From the NCBI RefSeq assembly GCF_039654945.1, contig NW_027361792.1, positions 2,232,001-2,296,000 of the forward strand: DNA of 64,000 nt. Reading direction: 5' to 3'. A program made the position numbers and the translations under genes. The notes under the pieces were generated by a model. That model did not search any database and was not told the origin of the DNA. It was given only the letters and a program-made list of their open reading frames with translations. The stretch is from Dendrobates tinctorius (taxonomy: Eukaryota). Positions 48,632-61,830 of this stretch are shown here, in pieces. Numbering within the stretch: the first letter of the stretch is position 1; each line of letters starts with the position of its first letter.

Positions 48632-51490
48632 ATGTCAAAAGGCAAGGTGACACAAGAGAAACTGTGGCTGCGCAGCAACGAGCATGTCACAAACAGTGTG
48701 GCCCAAAAAAGGCTGTGGCTGCGCACCAGGGTGCATGTCAAAGGCAGTGTGACAAAAGGAAGGCTGTGGCTGTGCAGCAGCATGCATGTCGCGGGCCGTG
48801 TGACACTGGAGAGGCTGTGGCTGCGCAGCAGGGTGCATGTCGCAGGCCGTGTGACAAAAGGAAGGCTGTGGCTGTGCAGCAGCATGCATGTCGCAGGCCG
48901 TGTGACACTGGAGAGGCTGTGGCTGCGCAGCAGGGTGCATGTCGCAGGCCGTGTGACAAAAGGAAGGCTGTGGCTGTGCAGCAGCATGCATGTCGCAGGC
49001 CGTGTGACACTGGAGAGGCTGTGGCTGTGCAGCAGCATGCATGTCGCAGGCCGTGTGACACTGGAGAGGCTGTGGCTGTGCAGCAGCATGCATGTCGCAG
49101 GCCGTGTGATACTGGAGAGGCTGTGGCTGTGCTGCAGCATGCATGTCGCAGGCCGTGTGACACTGGAGAGGCTGTGGCTGTGCTGCAGCATGCATGTCGC
49201 AGGCCGTGTGACACTGGAGAGGCTGTGGCTGCGTAGCAGCATGCATGTCGCAGGCCGTGTGACACTGGAGAGGCTGTGGCTGTGCTGCAGCATGCATGTC
49301 GCAGGCCGTGTGACACTGGAGAGGCTGTGGCTGTGCTGCAGCATGCATGTCGCAGGCCGTGTGACACTGAAAAGGCTGTGGCTGCGTAGCAGCATGCATG
49401 TCGCAGGCCGTGTGACACTGGAGAGGCTGTGGCTGTGCAGCAGCATGCATGTCGCGGGCCGTGTGACACTGGAGAGGCTGTGGCTGTGCAGCAGCATGCA
49501 TGTCGCGGGCCGTGTGACACTGGAGAGGCTGTGGCTGTGCTGCAGCATGCATGTCGCGGGCCGTGTGACACTGGAGAGGCTGTGGCTGCGCAGCAGCATG
49601 CATGTCGCGGGCCGTGTGACACTGGAGAGGCTGTGGCTGTGCAGCAGCATGCATGTCGCGGGCCGTGTGACACTGGAAAGGCTGTGGCTGTGCAGCAGCA
49701 TGCATGTCGCGGGCCGTGTGACACTGGAGAGGCTGTGGCTGCACAGCAGCATGCATGTCGCGGGCCGTGTGACACTGGAGAGGCTGTGGCTGTGCAGCAG
49801 CATGCATGTCGCGGGCCGTGTGACACTGGAGAGGCTGTGGCTGTGCAGCAGCATGCATGTCGCGGGCCGTGTGACACTGGAGAGGCTGTGGCTGCGCAGC
49901 AGCATGCATGTCGCGGGCCGTGTGACACTGGAGAGGCTGTGGCTGCGCAGCAGCATGCATGTCGAGGGCCGTGTGACACTGGAGAGGCTGTGGCTGCGCA
50001 GCAGCATGCATGTCGCGGGCCGTGTGACACTGGAGAGGCTGTGGCTGCGCAGCAGCATGCATGTCGCGGGCCGTGTGACACTGGAGAGGCTGTGGCTGCG
50101 CAGCAGCATGCATGTCGCGGGCCGTGTGACACTGGAGAGGCTGTTGCTGCGCAGCAGCATGCATGTCGCGGGCCGTGTGACACTGGAGAGGCTGTGGCTG
50201 CGCAGCAGCATGCATGTCGCGGGCCGTGTGACACTGGAGAGGCTGTGGCTGCGCTGCAGCATGCATGTCGCAGGCCGTGTGACACTGGAGAGGCTGTGGC
50301 TGTGCAGCAGCATGCATGTCGCGGGCCGTGTGACACTGGAGAGGCTGTGGCTGCGCAGCAGCATGCATGTCGCGGGCCGTGTGACACTGGAGAGGCTGTT
50401 GCTGCGCAGCAGCATGCATGTCGCGGGCCGTGTGACACTGGAGAGGCTGTGGCTGCGCAGCAGCATGCATGTCGCGGGCCGTGTGACACTGGAGAGGCTG
50501 TGGCTGCGCAGCAGCATGCATGTCGCAGGCCGTGTGACACTGGAGAGGCTGTGGCTGCGCAGCAGCATGCATGTCGCGGGCCGTGTGACACTGGAGAGGC
50601 TGTGGCTGCGCAGCAGCATGCATGTCGCGGGCCGTGTGACACTGGAGAGGCTGTGGCTGCGCAGCAGGGTGCATGTCGCAGGCCGTGTGACAAAAGGAAG
50701 GCTGTGGCTGTGCAGCAGCATGCATGTCGCAGGCCGTGTGACACTGGAGAGGCTGTGGCTGTGCAGCAGCATGCATGTCGCAGGCCGTGTGACACTGGAG
50801 AGGCTGTGGCTGCGCAGCAGGGTGCATGTCGCAGGCCGTGTGACAAAAGGAAGGCTGTGGCTGTGCAGCAGCATGCATGTCGCAGGCCGTGTGACACTGG
50901 AGAGGCTGTGGCTGTGCAGCAGCATGCATGTCGCAGGCCGTGTGACACTGGAGAGGCTGTGGCTGTGCAGCAGCATGCATGTCGCAGGCCGTGTGACACT
51001 GGAGAGGCTGTGGCTGTGCTGCAGCATGCATGTCGCAGGCCGTGTGACACTGGAGAGGCTGTGGCTGCACAGCAACTTGCATGTCACATGCCATGGTTTT
51101 TTTTCCCTATATGTAGAAATGGCTACTGTTAATTTGCACCTGCACACACCAGCTTTCTGTTTGGAAGTGACAGTCTTTTGTTATTTACTAGAGAGGTTGT
51201 GGCTGCACAGCAGCATGCATGTCAGAAGGCCGTGTCACACAAGAAAAGCTGTGCCTGCGCTGCAGCATGCATGTCACAGGCAGTGCGACACAAGCGAGGC
51301 TATGGCTGCGCTGCAGCATGCATGTCACAGGCAGTGCGACACAAGCGAGGCTATGGCTGCGCTGCAGCATGCATGTCACAGGCAGTGCGACACAAGCGAG
51401 GCTATGGCTGCGCTGCAGCATGCATGTCACAGGCAGAGCGACACAAGCGAGGCTATGGCTGCGCAGCAACATGCATGTCACAGGCAGTGT
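48632..51490. repeat. Minisatellite, 51-bp unit, ~55 copies including diverged flanks
   Basis: Unit GTGACACTGGAGAGGCTGTGGCTGCGCAGCAGCATGCATGTCGCGGGCCGT. Interrupted at ~51095-51185. Confidence 0.97.
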
Positions 51491-52711
51491 GCAAACTCCA
51501 GACAGCTGCAAGAGGAGTCGAGAGGTTTGGTAGCAATAGCTGTTGTCCTCCAGTTGCCATTCAGCCACTATAGCCTCTGTTCCACCAGCTCCCATGCAGC
51601 CTCTGTTTCTTCCACCCATTCTCCTTGCAGCATCACCGTCATCTGTGCGGGCCTATTTGATCTGTTCACCCAGGCCAAGACCTTCCACCTCCCCAGATGA
51701 AATATGACATAGTCCATGGGCCCAGCACACTCTGACCAATGTTTTAGTACTCAGCATCCTGCAAGAGCCCGCAGTCACCTCAGATATAATGGTTACAGGC
51801 GAAAAATCACATAGGAAAGTGATATTCACGCTAATGTTCCTTTAAATTATTTGCATTCAGTTAAGAGAATTTTACCTTCATATAAAGTGATGGAATATTG
51901 CAGGGGGTCTAACTTTGAGACCCCAACATATCGGTTCAGCACTGTGCACCCTTCTAAGTTTCCCTGCACAGTGACACTGTGGTGAGGATACAAGACTAAA
52001 CCCAGCAAGCAAAGCTATCCAGCCATATTGTATATAAAACCTCACCAATGTATTAGTGACAGCTGTCACAATTCCTCCTATCAATGTGCCTGGACTCAGT
52101 GAATGACTGTTCTGCAGTCCAGTCTAGGGCAGGGGGGTGCTGAGCTGTTATGGTGATTGACAGCTCAGCCGTCCAGTTGGGATCTGGGCTGTGCTGAACT
52201 GTCAGTGTCTTGAGTGACAGTTAGGCCGTCCAATCAGGACCAGGGCGTGCCAGGGCTTCCTCCATGTGTCTCATCTTCCAATTATTTACCTTGCTATTTG
52301 GCTGGCTGCCTTATGTTTCTGCCAATCGCAGCTTTGTTCCAGAGGCGTGTGCTTGCTCTGATCTCCTAGTCTTGCATTCTGATCTTTGCTGCTGGACCTT
52401 GGATTTGTCTTGACCATCCATTTGCCTAGCCCTTTTGTCGTGATCCACTACCTTCTTGGAATTCTGGCCTCGCGCGCTGTCACCTGACTACTCCTTTGTA
52501 TCACCCCTCTGTCTATGATGTTCCCTCTTGTCTTTTGATCTCAGACCATTTCACTAGGCATCCTCGCGACTTGTGCGTGAGTAATGATTAGCATCACAAC
52601 AGCTTTGAAAGATTCCAGGTACATTAAGGCTGTGTGCCCACATAAGTGGTTTTTTCGCTTTTTTTAAAGCGTTTTTTCCCTGCAAAAACGCTTTAAAAAT
52701 TCATACATTAA

Positions 52712-55298
52712 CCCCTTAACGGCCGCCGATACACCTTTTAACGGCGGTAATTAAGGGTACTTAAACCACAGCGCCGTTAATTCACGGCACTGTGGAGTAA
52801 GTAAATAGCACCCCCAGTGTCGGATTTTCTCCGGGGTCTTGGCTGCCAGGGGTAGCCGAGACCCCAGAGAGCATGAATCGGGTCGGTTTTTACCAACCCC
52901 ACTTTTGCGATCGCCGTTATTAACCCTATAACGGCGACCGCAAAAAAAAGCCGTGATTTTACATTTAACTTCTCTTTCCTCTGATGTGATTGCACATCAG
53001 AGGAGAAGGCAATAAGGTCCCCGATCCGCCCCCCCGCCGGTACTTACCGGTGGTCATGGATCCCCTCCCAGTGGTCCTGCGCCCCTCCTGCCTCCTCCGG
53101 TGGGCGCCGCCACCTTGAATCCGGAAGAAAATGGCATTTTGATCACTATGATGAACTATCATAGTGATCAAAATAAAAAAAATAGTAAATCACCCCCCCG
53201 TTTATCAATCCCTTAAATAGGCAAACATAATGAAATAAAGAAAATTATTTATTTTTTTTCCATTAGGGTGAGGGCTACGGCTAGGGTTAGGGTTAGAATT
53301 AGGGTTGGAATTAGGGTTAGGGATAATTAGGGTTAGAATAGATTAGGGATTAGGGTTGGGATAAGGGTTAGCATTGGGATTAGGGTTAGGAGTGTGTTGG
53401 GATTAGTGTTGGAGCAAGAATTGAGAGGTTTTCACTATTTACCAACTTTGGGGGTCTAATTTCTCCTGTTACCCTTGGGAAAATAAAAAAAAATTGGGGA
53501 CTAAAAAAAATCACGGCACTGCATTTATAAACTTCTGTGAAGCACTTGGGGGTTCAAAGTGCTCACCACATATCTAGATAAGCTCCTTGGGGGGTCAAGT
53601 TTCCAAAATGGGGTCACCTGTGGGGGGTTTATACTGTTTAGGCACATCAGGGGCTCTGCAAACGCAACATGATGCCCACAGACCATTCCATCAAAGTCTG
53701 CATTCTAAAATGGCGCTCCTTCCCTCTCGAGCTCTCCCATGCGCCCAAACAGTGGTTTCCCCCCCCACATATGGGGTATCATCGTACTCAGGACGACAAA
53801 TTGCACAACAACTTTTGTGGTCCAATTTCTCCTGTTACCCTTCATAAAATAAAACCTAGCAGGCTAAAAAATTATTTTTGAGGAAAAAAAAGTGATTTTT
53901 TATTTTCACTGCTCTGCATTATAAACTTCTCTGAAGCAGTTGGGGGTTCAAAGTGCTCACCACATATCTAGAAAAGCTCCTTCAGGGGTCTAGTTTCCAA
54001 AATGGTGTCACTTGTGGGTTTTTTTTCACTGTTTAGGCACATCAGGGGCTCTCCAAAAGCGACATGGCGTCCAATCTCAATTCCAGCCAATTCTGCATGG
54101 AAAAAGTCAAACGGTACTCCTTCCCTTCTGAGCTCTGCCGTGCGCCCAAACAGTGGTTTGCCCCCACATATGGGGTATCGGCGTACTCAGGACAAATCGC
54201 ACAACAACTGCGGGGGTATGATTTCTCCTGTTACCGTTGTAAAAATAAAAATTTGGGGGCGTAAAGATCATTTTTGTGGAAAAAAAAATATTTTTTATTT
54301 TCACGGCTCTACGTTATAAACTTCTGTGAAGCAATTGAAGTTTTAAAGTGCTCACCACACAACTAGATAAGTTCCTTAAGGGGTCTAGTTTCCAAAATGG
54401 AGTCACTTGTTGGGGGTTTCCACGGTTTAAGCACATTAAGGGCTCTCCGAACGCAACATGGCATCCGATCTCAATTCCAGCCAATTCTGCATTGAAAAAG
54501 TAAAACGGCGCTCCATCCCTTGCGAGCTCTGCCATGCACTGAAAAAGTGGTTTACCCCCACATATGGGGTATCGGCATTCTCAGGCGAAATTGCACAACA
54601 AATTTTGTGGTTCATTTTCTCTTTTAACACTTGTGAAAATAAAAAAAATTGGTTCTGAAGTAAATTTTTTGCAAAAAAAAGTTAAATGTTAATTTTTTCC
54701 CTTCCATATTGCTTTAGTTCCTGTGAAGCATGTAAAGGGTTAATAAACTTCTTGAATGTGGTTTTGAGCACCTTGAGCGGTCTAGTTTTTAGAATGGTGT
54801 CACTTTTGGGTATTTTCTGTCATGTACACCCCTCAAAATGACTTTAAATATGCTGTGTTCCCTAAAAAGAATGGTTTAGTAAATTTTGTTGTAAAATGAG
54901 AAATCGCTGGTCAACTTTTAACCCTTATAACTTCCTAACAAAATAAAAAATTTGTTTCCAAAATTGTGCTGATGTAAAGTAGACATGTGGGAAATGTTAT
55001 TTATTAAGAAATTTGTGTGACACATCTCTCTGATTTAAGGGCATAAAAATTTAAAGTTTTAAAATTGCAAAATTGTAAAAATTTTCGCCATATTTCCGTT
55101 TTTTTCATAAATAAACACAAGACGTATAGAAGAAATTTTACCACTAACATGAAGTACAATATGTCACGAAGTAACATACTCAGAATCAGTGGGATTCGTT
55201 AAAGCGTTCCAGAGTTATAACCTCATAAAGTGACAGTGGTTAGAATTGTAAAAATTGGCCCGGGCATTAAGCTGCAAACTGGCTCTGTCACTAAGGGG
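52712..55298. mobile_element. Non-autonomous piggyBac-type element (2587 bp) with ~394-bp internal tandem repeats
   Basis: TTAA|CCCCTTA...TAAGGGG|TTAA ends. ATAAACTTCT anchors at 53527, 53921 and 54316 give 394/395-bp periods. Confidence 0.9.
53263..53410 (+). repeat. Degenerate telomere-like (TTAGGG)n tract inside the piggyBac-type element
   Basis: Multiple TTAGGG and variant hexamers. Confidence 0.85.
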
Positions 55299-56046
55299 TT
55301 AAGCATCCCCTTCTTATAATGCATTCCGAAATTTTTGTGCACATGATGCGTTTTTTTCCTCAAAAAAAACGCATCGCAGAAAAAAACGCAGCATGTTTAT
55401 TAATTTTGCGGGAAAAAAAACGCATTTCGAACTATATTCAATGAGAATGTGGATGCTCCAGAAAAAAAAATGCGTTTTTCCTGGGAAGGAGTCCGGTTTT
55501 TACTCATGAAAATTCTGCATAAGTGTGCACATAGCCTAAAAATGTAGCATCAAGGCATAGACCGACACGTTTTGGACATAGTACTGTACTTAGTCATGGA
55601 CAAGACTAAACCAACCCTGTGACCTTCATTTTTAGGATGGATGAATGACCCAGAGGACAGACGCCCACAGATCCACTGACCTAAATGTGATGGGCATACC
55701 CTCAGTTTATGAGATGAGATTATGCCTTTAATATTATTAGTAATCTTAAAACTCATGAGCTAGAACATCCTAAGAGACATATTATAGATACTTGTCATTT
55801 TTTTCCAGTAAATGCAGGTGTCCGAGCCAGCAGGCAAGGTTTAGTGACATCGCTATGTAGGATGAATGATGTCATGGACCAATGGAAGTAGTGCCAGCGC
55901 AACGTCGACTGCGACATTCCAACACCGGAGGAGAGCAATCTACTCCTCGCTGTGTGTCTAAGATGAGATAAAGGGGGACTTAGTTCGAAAGCTTGGCCAG
56001 CCCCCTTCTCTATCTCAGACCTGGGTTTTAAAAACGACGACTTTTA

Positions 56047-56376
56047 CAGGGAACCTGTCACTTGCCATAGGCATGTAATTTTACTTGGTGTAAACACTGT
56101 TGTTCTCCTGAATTCGGCTATGTTTTTCATGAGATATGGCGCCTACTTCTCTGTATGTAAATCGTCTTTTTTATACTAAATCAGGCGTGGTCCTCAGCAT
56201 CACGCCCACAGAGAAGAATAGAGGACCATGCACACTTGGGTAACAAGACTAGATTTACATACAGGAAAGAGGAGGCCATATCTTAGGAAAAAAAGAAAAA
56301 CATCGCCAGAGTCAGTAAAACAGCGGTAAATACATCAGGTAAAAAAAATGCTTATGACAAGTGACAGGTTGTCTTT
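56047..56376. mobile_element. T2/Kolobok-type MITE
   Basis: AGGGAACCTGTCACTTG / CAAGTGACAGGTTGTCTTTA ends and imperfect internal palindrome. Confidence 0.7.
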
Positions 56377-59300
56377 ATGGCTGGTTTCACGGTCTGCGTA
56401 CACATTCCGCGTTTTTGGAACAGCCGCAGATCTCTTGACCTGAGCTTTACAGCCTCATAAAAGCCTTAGAGTTTGGGTTGGAAACGTGGTCCGTACACCG
56501 ACCATGGAACTTGGAGCGTGAGCGTGGCCAAGCAATGAGGCGAACATCTTGGTCTGCACGGCTGATGGTTTTGCTTTTAGTTCTATATTTAATTTTTACG
56601 CTTCCCACTCCTAATCTACAGATCGTTCAGATCGTTCTTCTAGGAACGTTTTTGTACATTTTCACGGAAAAGATTTTCATGGAAAAGATATAGGATCCGC
56701 GCGTCCAAGCTAAGCTGATATGAGTTGTGAGGGTCGTGTCACACTGACGAAGGAACATTTGGCTGTCAGATGCATCGCCATATGAAATCACGTTCATCCA
56801 TTTGACTTAATTAACTGCAGCTCTGTTCATCTGGCTCATATCGGGAAGAGGGTGGGAGTGGAGAGAGATCGCATATATTATGGATGTCCCTGTCTAAAAA
56901 TGATGCAGGTCATTGATCTCATCCCGATAATGACAATTTGCATCTGTAGCAACCATCAAGGTGGATGAAGCTCTCCAAAAGTAATTGTTGCCAAATTCCC
57001 GCACATGGAACACAAGAATATTTGGATATGGATGGAGCTGTAGGGGCCAGGGATTAGATAAATATGTAATCCAGATTATGGCGCCGGATTTGGGCCTGAT
57101 TTCAATGCAAAAAATACACTAGAAAATCACTCTCAACAGGAAGCACCTGCCGCCTCCAGCGGTCCTGGGGTCAATTGCAATAATGAAAACAAAAGAAAAT
57201 TATAATTACAATCGGAGAAAAGGAAATTATGATCATTAGCCATCTTTTGTATTTAAAGGGATTGTACAAGACTCTGATACTGGACCTTAAGCCTCAGTCG
57301 GACATCTGTATTAACATGATATACCGGCCATGGGTCTCCTGACCCAAACCTGACACTCTCATAGAATTATATGAGGCTGTCACATTCAGGTCAGAAGATC
57401 TGCAGCCGATCTGTGCATTCCAGTCTGTACACAGAATGAGGCTTTAGGATAGGTCATCAACATCAGATTGGTGGGAGTCCTACATCTTATTCTTCCATCG
57501 ATCAGATGTTTGCATCTCCAGCGGTACAGCAAAGCGTCATACAGGTTGTCAATAAGCTCTTGGACACTCTGTGGCAATACTTGGTGATGTCAGATGCATC
57601 GATACATAATGTCGCAGAATCTATCAATAGGATTCAGTTTGGGGAATGTGAGGGCCAGTGACTGGCATCAACGCCTTCATCATCCAAGGACTGCCTAACA
57701 CTCGGCTGTCTCGTGCTCAGTATGAACTTGCTTTTATCTGTGAAGAGAATGGGGTGCCAATTCCAGGCATGACTAGTCTCATCTTCTATGGTAAATGCAA
57801 ATTGAGCTGCATGGTGCTGGCTGTGGACACAGGTGCCTCTACAGGATCTGACAGTGCTCTTCTTCTTTATCCTTGCTCAATGGAGCAGATACTGATATTG
57901 GTCCTGGTGCTAGATTGATGTCCTTCTATGGCCCTGTCCGACTCACGGACCACGGGTGTCTGTACGGCAAACGATTGAGGCACACAGGACACGGATAGCT
58001 GGAATACTGGAAACTGCAGGCAGGAGACTGGACAGTCAGCAGAGATGCTGGAAACTGCGGGTAGGCAGGAGACCACGGACAGGCAGCTGTAAACTGCAGG
58101 CAGGAAGGAGACGTTCAGGTTACCACAGTCAGCTGTGATGCTGGAAACCGCAGGCAGGCAGAAGACATTCAGGTTACTACAGACAGGCAGCACAGCAGGT
58201 AAAGGTGCTTAGAGCAACTCAGAGTGATAGGAGCACTGAAGTCTTAATACCAAGGCACAAGTGTGTATCTTGGTGAGCCTTATATAAGCCCAGGCAAACG
58301 GTCACATGGGAGCATGCTGAGCCATCTGCAAAAGCTAGACGTGGAGCCCCACAGAGTTTAACGGAGCAAGGTGAGGGTAGCAAGGCCCGGATCTGTGATG
58401 GAGTGTAGCAAGTTATTTGTGACCCCCTTCCCTTTTTGGGGTTGTCTTGCTGTTCACTCCTGTGTTTCTGTTGTCCCTTTCATTTGCACCAAAGCCGGTG
58501 ACGATTATTCACAATCACTTTTGCACAGATTAATATCCCTGAAGTTTCCTTCACTTGGGATTATACTGAGATGTGCAGCAAGCTGCCAGCCAGAATGTTT
58601 TTTGGAGCGTGGTCTGTTCCGTGGAGTTTGGTGGCTCTGGTGTTGAAGATGATGCATTTTGAATATCAAGACTACCACAGTTTGGCCAACAGCTAAGTTG
58701 TATGAGCAGCTTCTAAAATCTATCAGTTCCTCAGACTAGTACCCCCTACAAGGGGCTATGGACTGTCCCCAGCCGATTCTCCCTCCGCTGTCCTGTAAAT
58801 GGTCAGTATTTGTACGCAGGTGGGCTGTAGAGGTGCGGAATCCAAATTGAAGTCAAGGGCGACTCCAGAGAAATGGCAGGAATGATACAAGCAAGAGAAG
58901 ACAAGACACAACCAGGAAGAGGTACTGTGTCTAGGGAAGAGCCGAGTAACATTTTCCATATTTTCGGGCGGTAAAACAGTTAACAGACGGAACCAACTTG
59001 AATTACTAGTTGGATCCTGAGCTGCGCAGAACAGTAATTAAAATAATCGTACAGAACATACACATTGGCTTCCTCAGCTTTCAACACGACTGACCGCGAT
59101 GTAAAGCTGAAGCCCCACCACCATGTCATGAAACGCCCCTTGTGGTATTGCTGGAGGGTGTTGTGCTGCATGTTAGTGCCGCGGTTGTAATACTCCTGCT
59201 TTTAATTTAAACGTGTAGTTAACTTCAAATAGATTTCGTCAGCTCTCCACAAATAGCAACGATGGCCTATAATAAGCAGCTGTGCCAGGAATGGTAGGGC

Positions 59301-59814
59301 TCTAGTGCATGGAGAGGGTTACAGCATCCCACAGCAGGCAAACCAGACCTTCACGCCAGGGTTATGGTGTTAGGTGTACAACCGGCCCATCTAGGAAAAC
59401 CACAGCGCTCGGAGAGCAAGAAACCACAGGCTTGGAATGATCTCCCTGCTAAGCCCTCTCATGGGGGCGCTGGATACCCCAGCTACTGGTTGGGGCGTGA
59501 CTTGCCAAAGTGGGTCCAATGTGGACAATATCTTCTATCCCTATAATACTACATGTGGATAAATATAGAGTAATTTTGAATGCATCCAAAGGCTTATTTT
59601 CCTTGTGGGACCACAGGAGTTGTAATAATATCAAGCCAGATATAAACTCTGCGAGCTACTATAGGTTTGCCTTCCAAGATGACTTTGTCTTGGGGAACGA
59701 AATGTTGATGCAACTATGTGTAAAGAATCATCATTTTGTAAATATTTTACAAATACGAATCTGAAAATTGCAATGTGCATTCGTATTCAGCTTCCCTGAG
59801 TGAATAATTTGTAG

Positions 59815-61078
59815 GATCACCATTCGCTGAAATTACTGCTGCAGTCTTTTGGGATCTCTCGCTTCCAGCTTTGCATATCTAGAGGTGACATCTCTGCCCC
59901 TTCTTCTTTGCACACTCGCTCTCGCTCAGTGAGATTGGATGGAGATGTCTGTGAACAGAACGTTTCAAATCTTGACACAGGTTCTCCAGGATTTGGGTCT
60001 GGACTGTGACTGGACCGTTCACACACAGGAATATGCTCTGATCTAAACCCTACATTGTAGTTCTGGTAGGATGTTTAGCATTGTTGTCCTGCTGAAAGAT
60101 GAACCTATGCCCCAGTCTCAAGACTTGTGCAGCTGCTAACAGGTTTTCATCCAGGATTACCCTGTCTATAGCTCTACCTTTCTTCCCATTAACTCTGAAC
60201 AGCTTCTCTGTTGAAAAAAAGCTTCCCCACAGCATGATGCTGCCTCCACCATGTGTGACGGTGGGGATTGTGTTTTCAGGGTGATGTGCATTGTTAGTTT
60301 TCCACCACAGATAGATTTTGCATTTCACCTGAAAAGTTCTCCTTTGATGTCATCTGACCAGAGCACCTTCTACCACATGCTTGCTGTGTCCTCTAGTTTG
60401 GCTTTTTGCAAACTGTAAACGGTACTTCTCATGAATTGCTTTCATAAATTGATTTCTTCTAATAGTTGTCCTGACGACAGATTCTACCACCTGAGCTGTG
60501 GATCACTGCAGCTCATTCAGTGACCATGGGCCTCTTGGCTGTTTCTCTCATTAGCGCTCTCCTTGCTTGAGATGTCAGTTTAGGTGGACAGCCATGTCTT
60601 GTTAGGTTTGCAGTTGTGTAATATTCCTTTCATTTTGGGATTGGGGATTGAATAGTGTTCTGTTATATGTTGTCCACATCATGGGCTATTTTTTTTATAA
60701 TCTAACCCTGCTTTACTCTTCTCCACAACTTTATCCCTGACCTGTCTGGTGGGATCCTTGGTTTTCATGATGCTGTTTGTTCCCTAAAGTTCTCAGACAA
60801 ACCTCTGAGGCCTTCCCAGAACAGCTGTAGATGTACTGATAAAAAATTACAAACAGGTGGATTCAATATACTAATTGTGACTTCTGGAGGCAATTGGTCA
60901 CTCAGGGTTTTATGAAGGGGTATCAGACAAAAGGGGCTGAATACTAATGCACCTCAAAATTTTCAGATCTATATTTTTAAAAAATATATTAAAAAGCCTT
61001 ATATCATTTCCTTTACACTTCACAAATACTTGCTACTTTGTGTTCGTACTGTATATCACATAAAATGGCAAAATACAT
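59815..61078 (-). mobile_element. Tc1-like transposon, degraded; same family as 10634-11435
   Basis: Transposase fragments [23 protein letters not shown]...FIFQQDN and SPDPNPGE. Confidence 0.9.
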
Positions 61079-61079
61079 G

Positions 61080-61830
61080 TGCCGCCACCCGCACGTGCCT
61101 AATAACTAGTTAAATCCCGCTGTCAAGCGCTGACAGCGGGCATTTAACTAGAGCTTCCCCGCCGGGCCGGAAGCGAGCTCATCGCCGACCCCGTCACATG
61201 ATCGGGGGTCGGCGACGCTTTGCCTGGACAACCAGAGGTCTCATAGAGACCTCTATGGTTGTTGCAGGCAGATCGCTTTGAGCGCCGCCCGGTGGCCGGT
61301 GCTCAAAGTACTGCAGCAAATCTGCTACATATGGGCGATCTGCTCATCGCCCATATGTAGCAGAGCCGATCGGGTTGTGCACGCGTCAAGCCTCCTATGG
61401 AGGCTATTGAAGCATGCCAAAAGTAAAAAAAAGTTTAAAAAAAAATTAATAAAACCTAAAAGGTCAAATCTCCCCCCTTTCACCCCAATCAAAATAAAAC
61501 TATTAAAAAAAATCCCACACACACATTTTAGGTATCGCCGAGTTCAGAATCGCCCGATCTATCAAAAAAAGCATTAACCCGATCGCTAAACGGCGTAGCG
61601 AGAAAAAAATTGAAAACGCCAGAATTACGGTTTTTTTTTGGTCGCCACGACATTGCATTAATATGCAATAACGGGAGATCAAAAGAATGTATCTGCACAA
61701 AAGTGGTATCATTAAAAACGTCAGCCCGGCACGGAAAAAATAAGCCCTTACCCGGCCCCAGATCACACAAAAAGAAGACGCTACGGGTCTCGGAAAATGG
61801 ACGCAAGCATTTTAGCCGAAACGGGTTGAC
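61080..61830. mobile_element. Internal fragment of a hairpin-rich non-autonomous DNA transposon (piggyBac-like)
   Basis: Six consecutive palindromes in 61105-61411 followed by an A-rich CpG-containing body. Termini not visible. Confidence 0.5.

Larger units (their letters stand above)
52628..55536. mobile_element. Harbinger-type MITE split by a piggyBac-type insertion
   Basis: GGCTGTGTGCCCACA / AGTGTGCACATAGCC TIRs with TAA TSD both sides. Confidence 0.82.

Noticed and set aside
48418-51700. Cys/His-rich 770-1022-aa ORFs as zinc-finger or keratin-associated genes
   Set aside because: No C2H2 spacing or linker, and open in five frames; explained by the 51-bp repeat.
52146-52598. Possible solo LTR (also ~57945-58400, 58418-58951, 62383-62680)
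   Set aside because: LTR-like composition and some TG..CA ends, but no convincing TSD.
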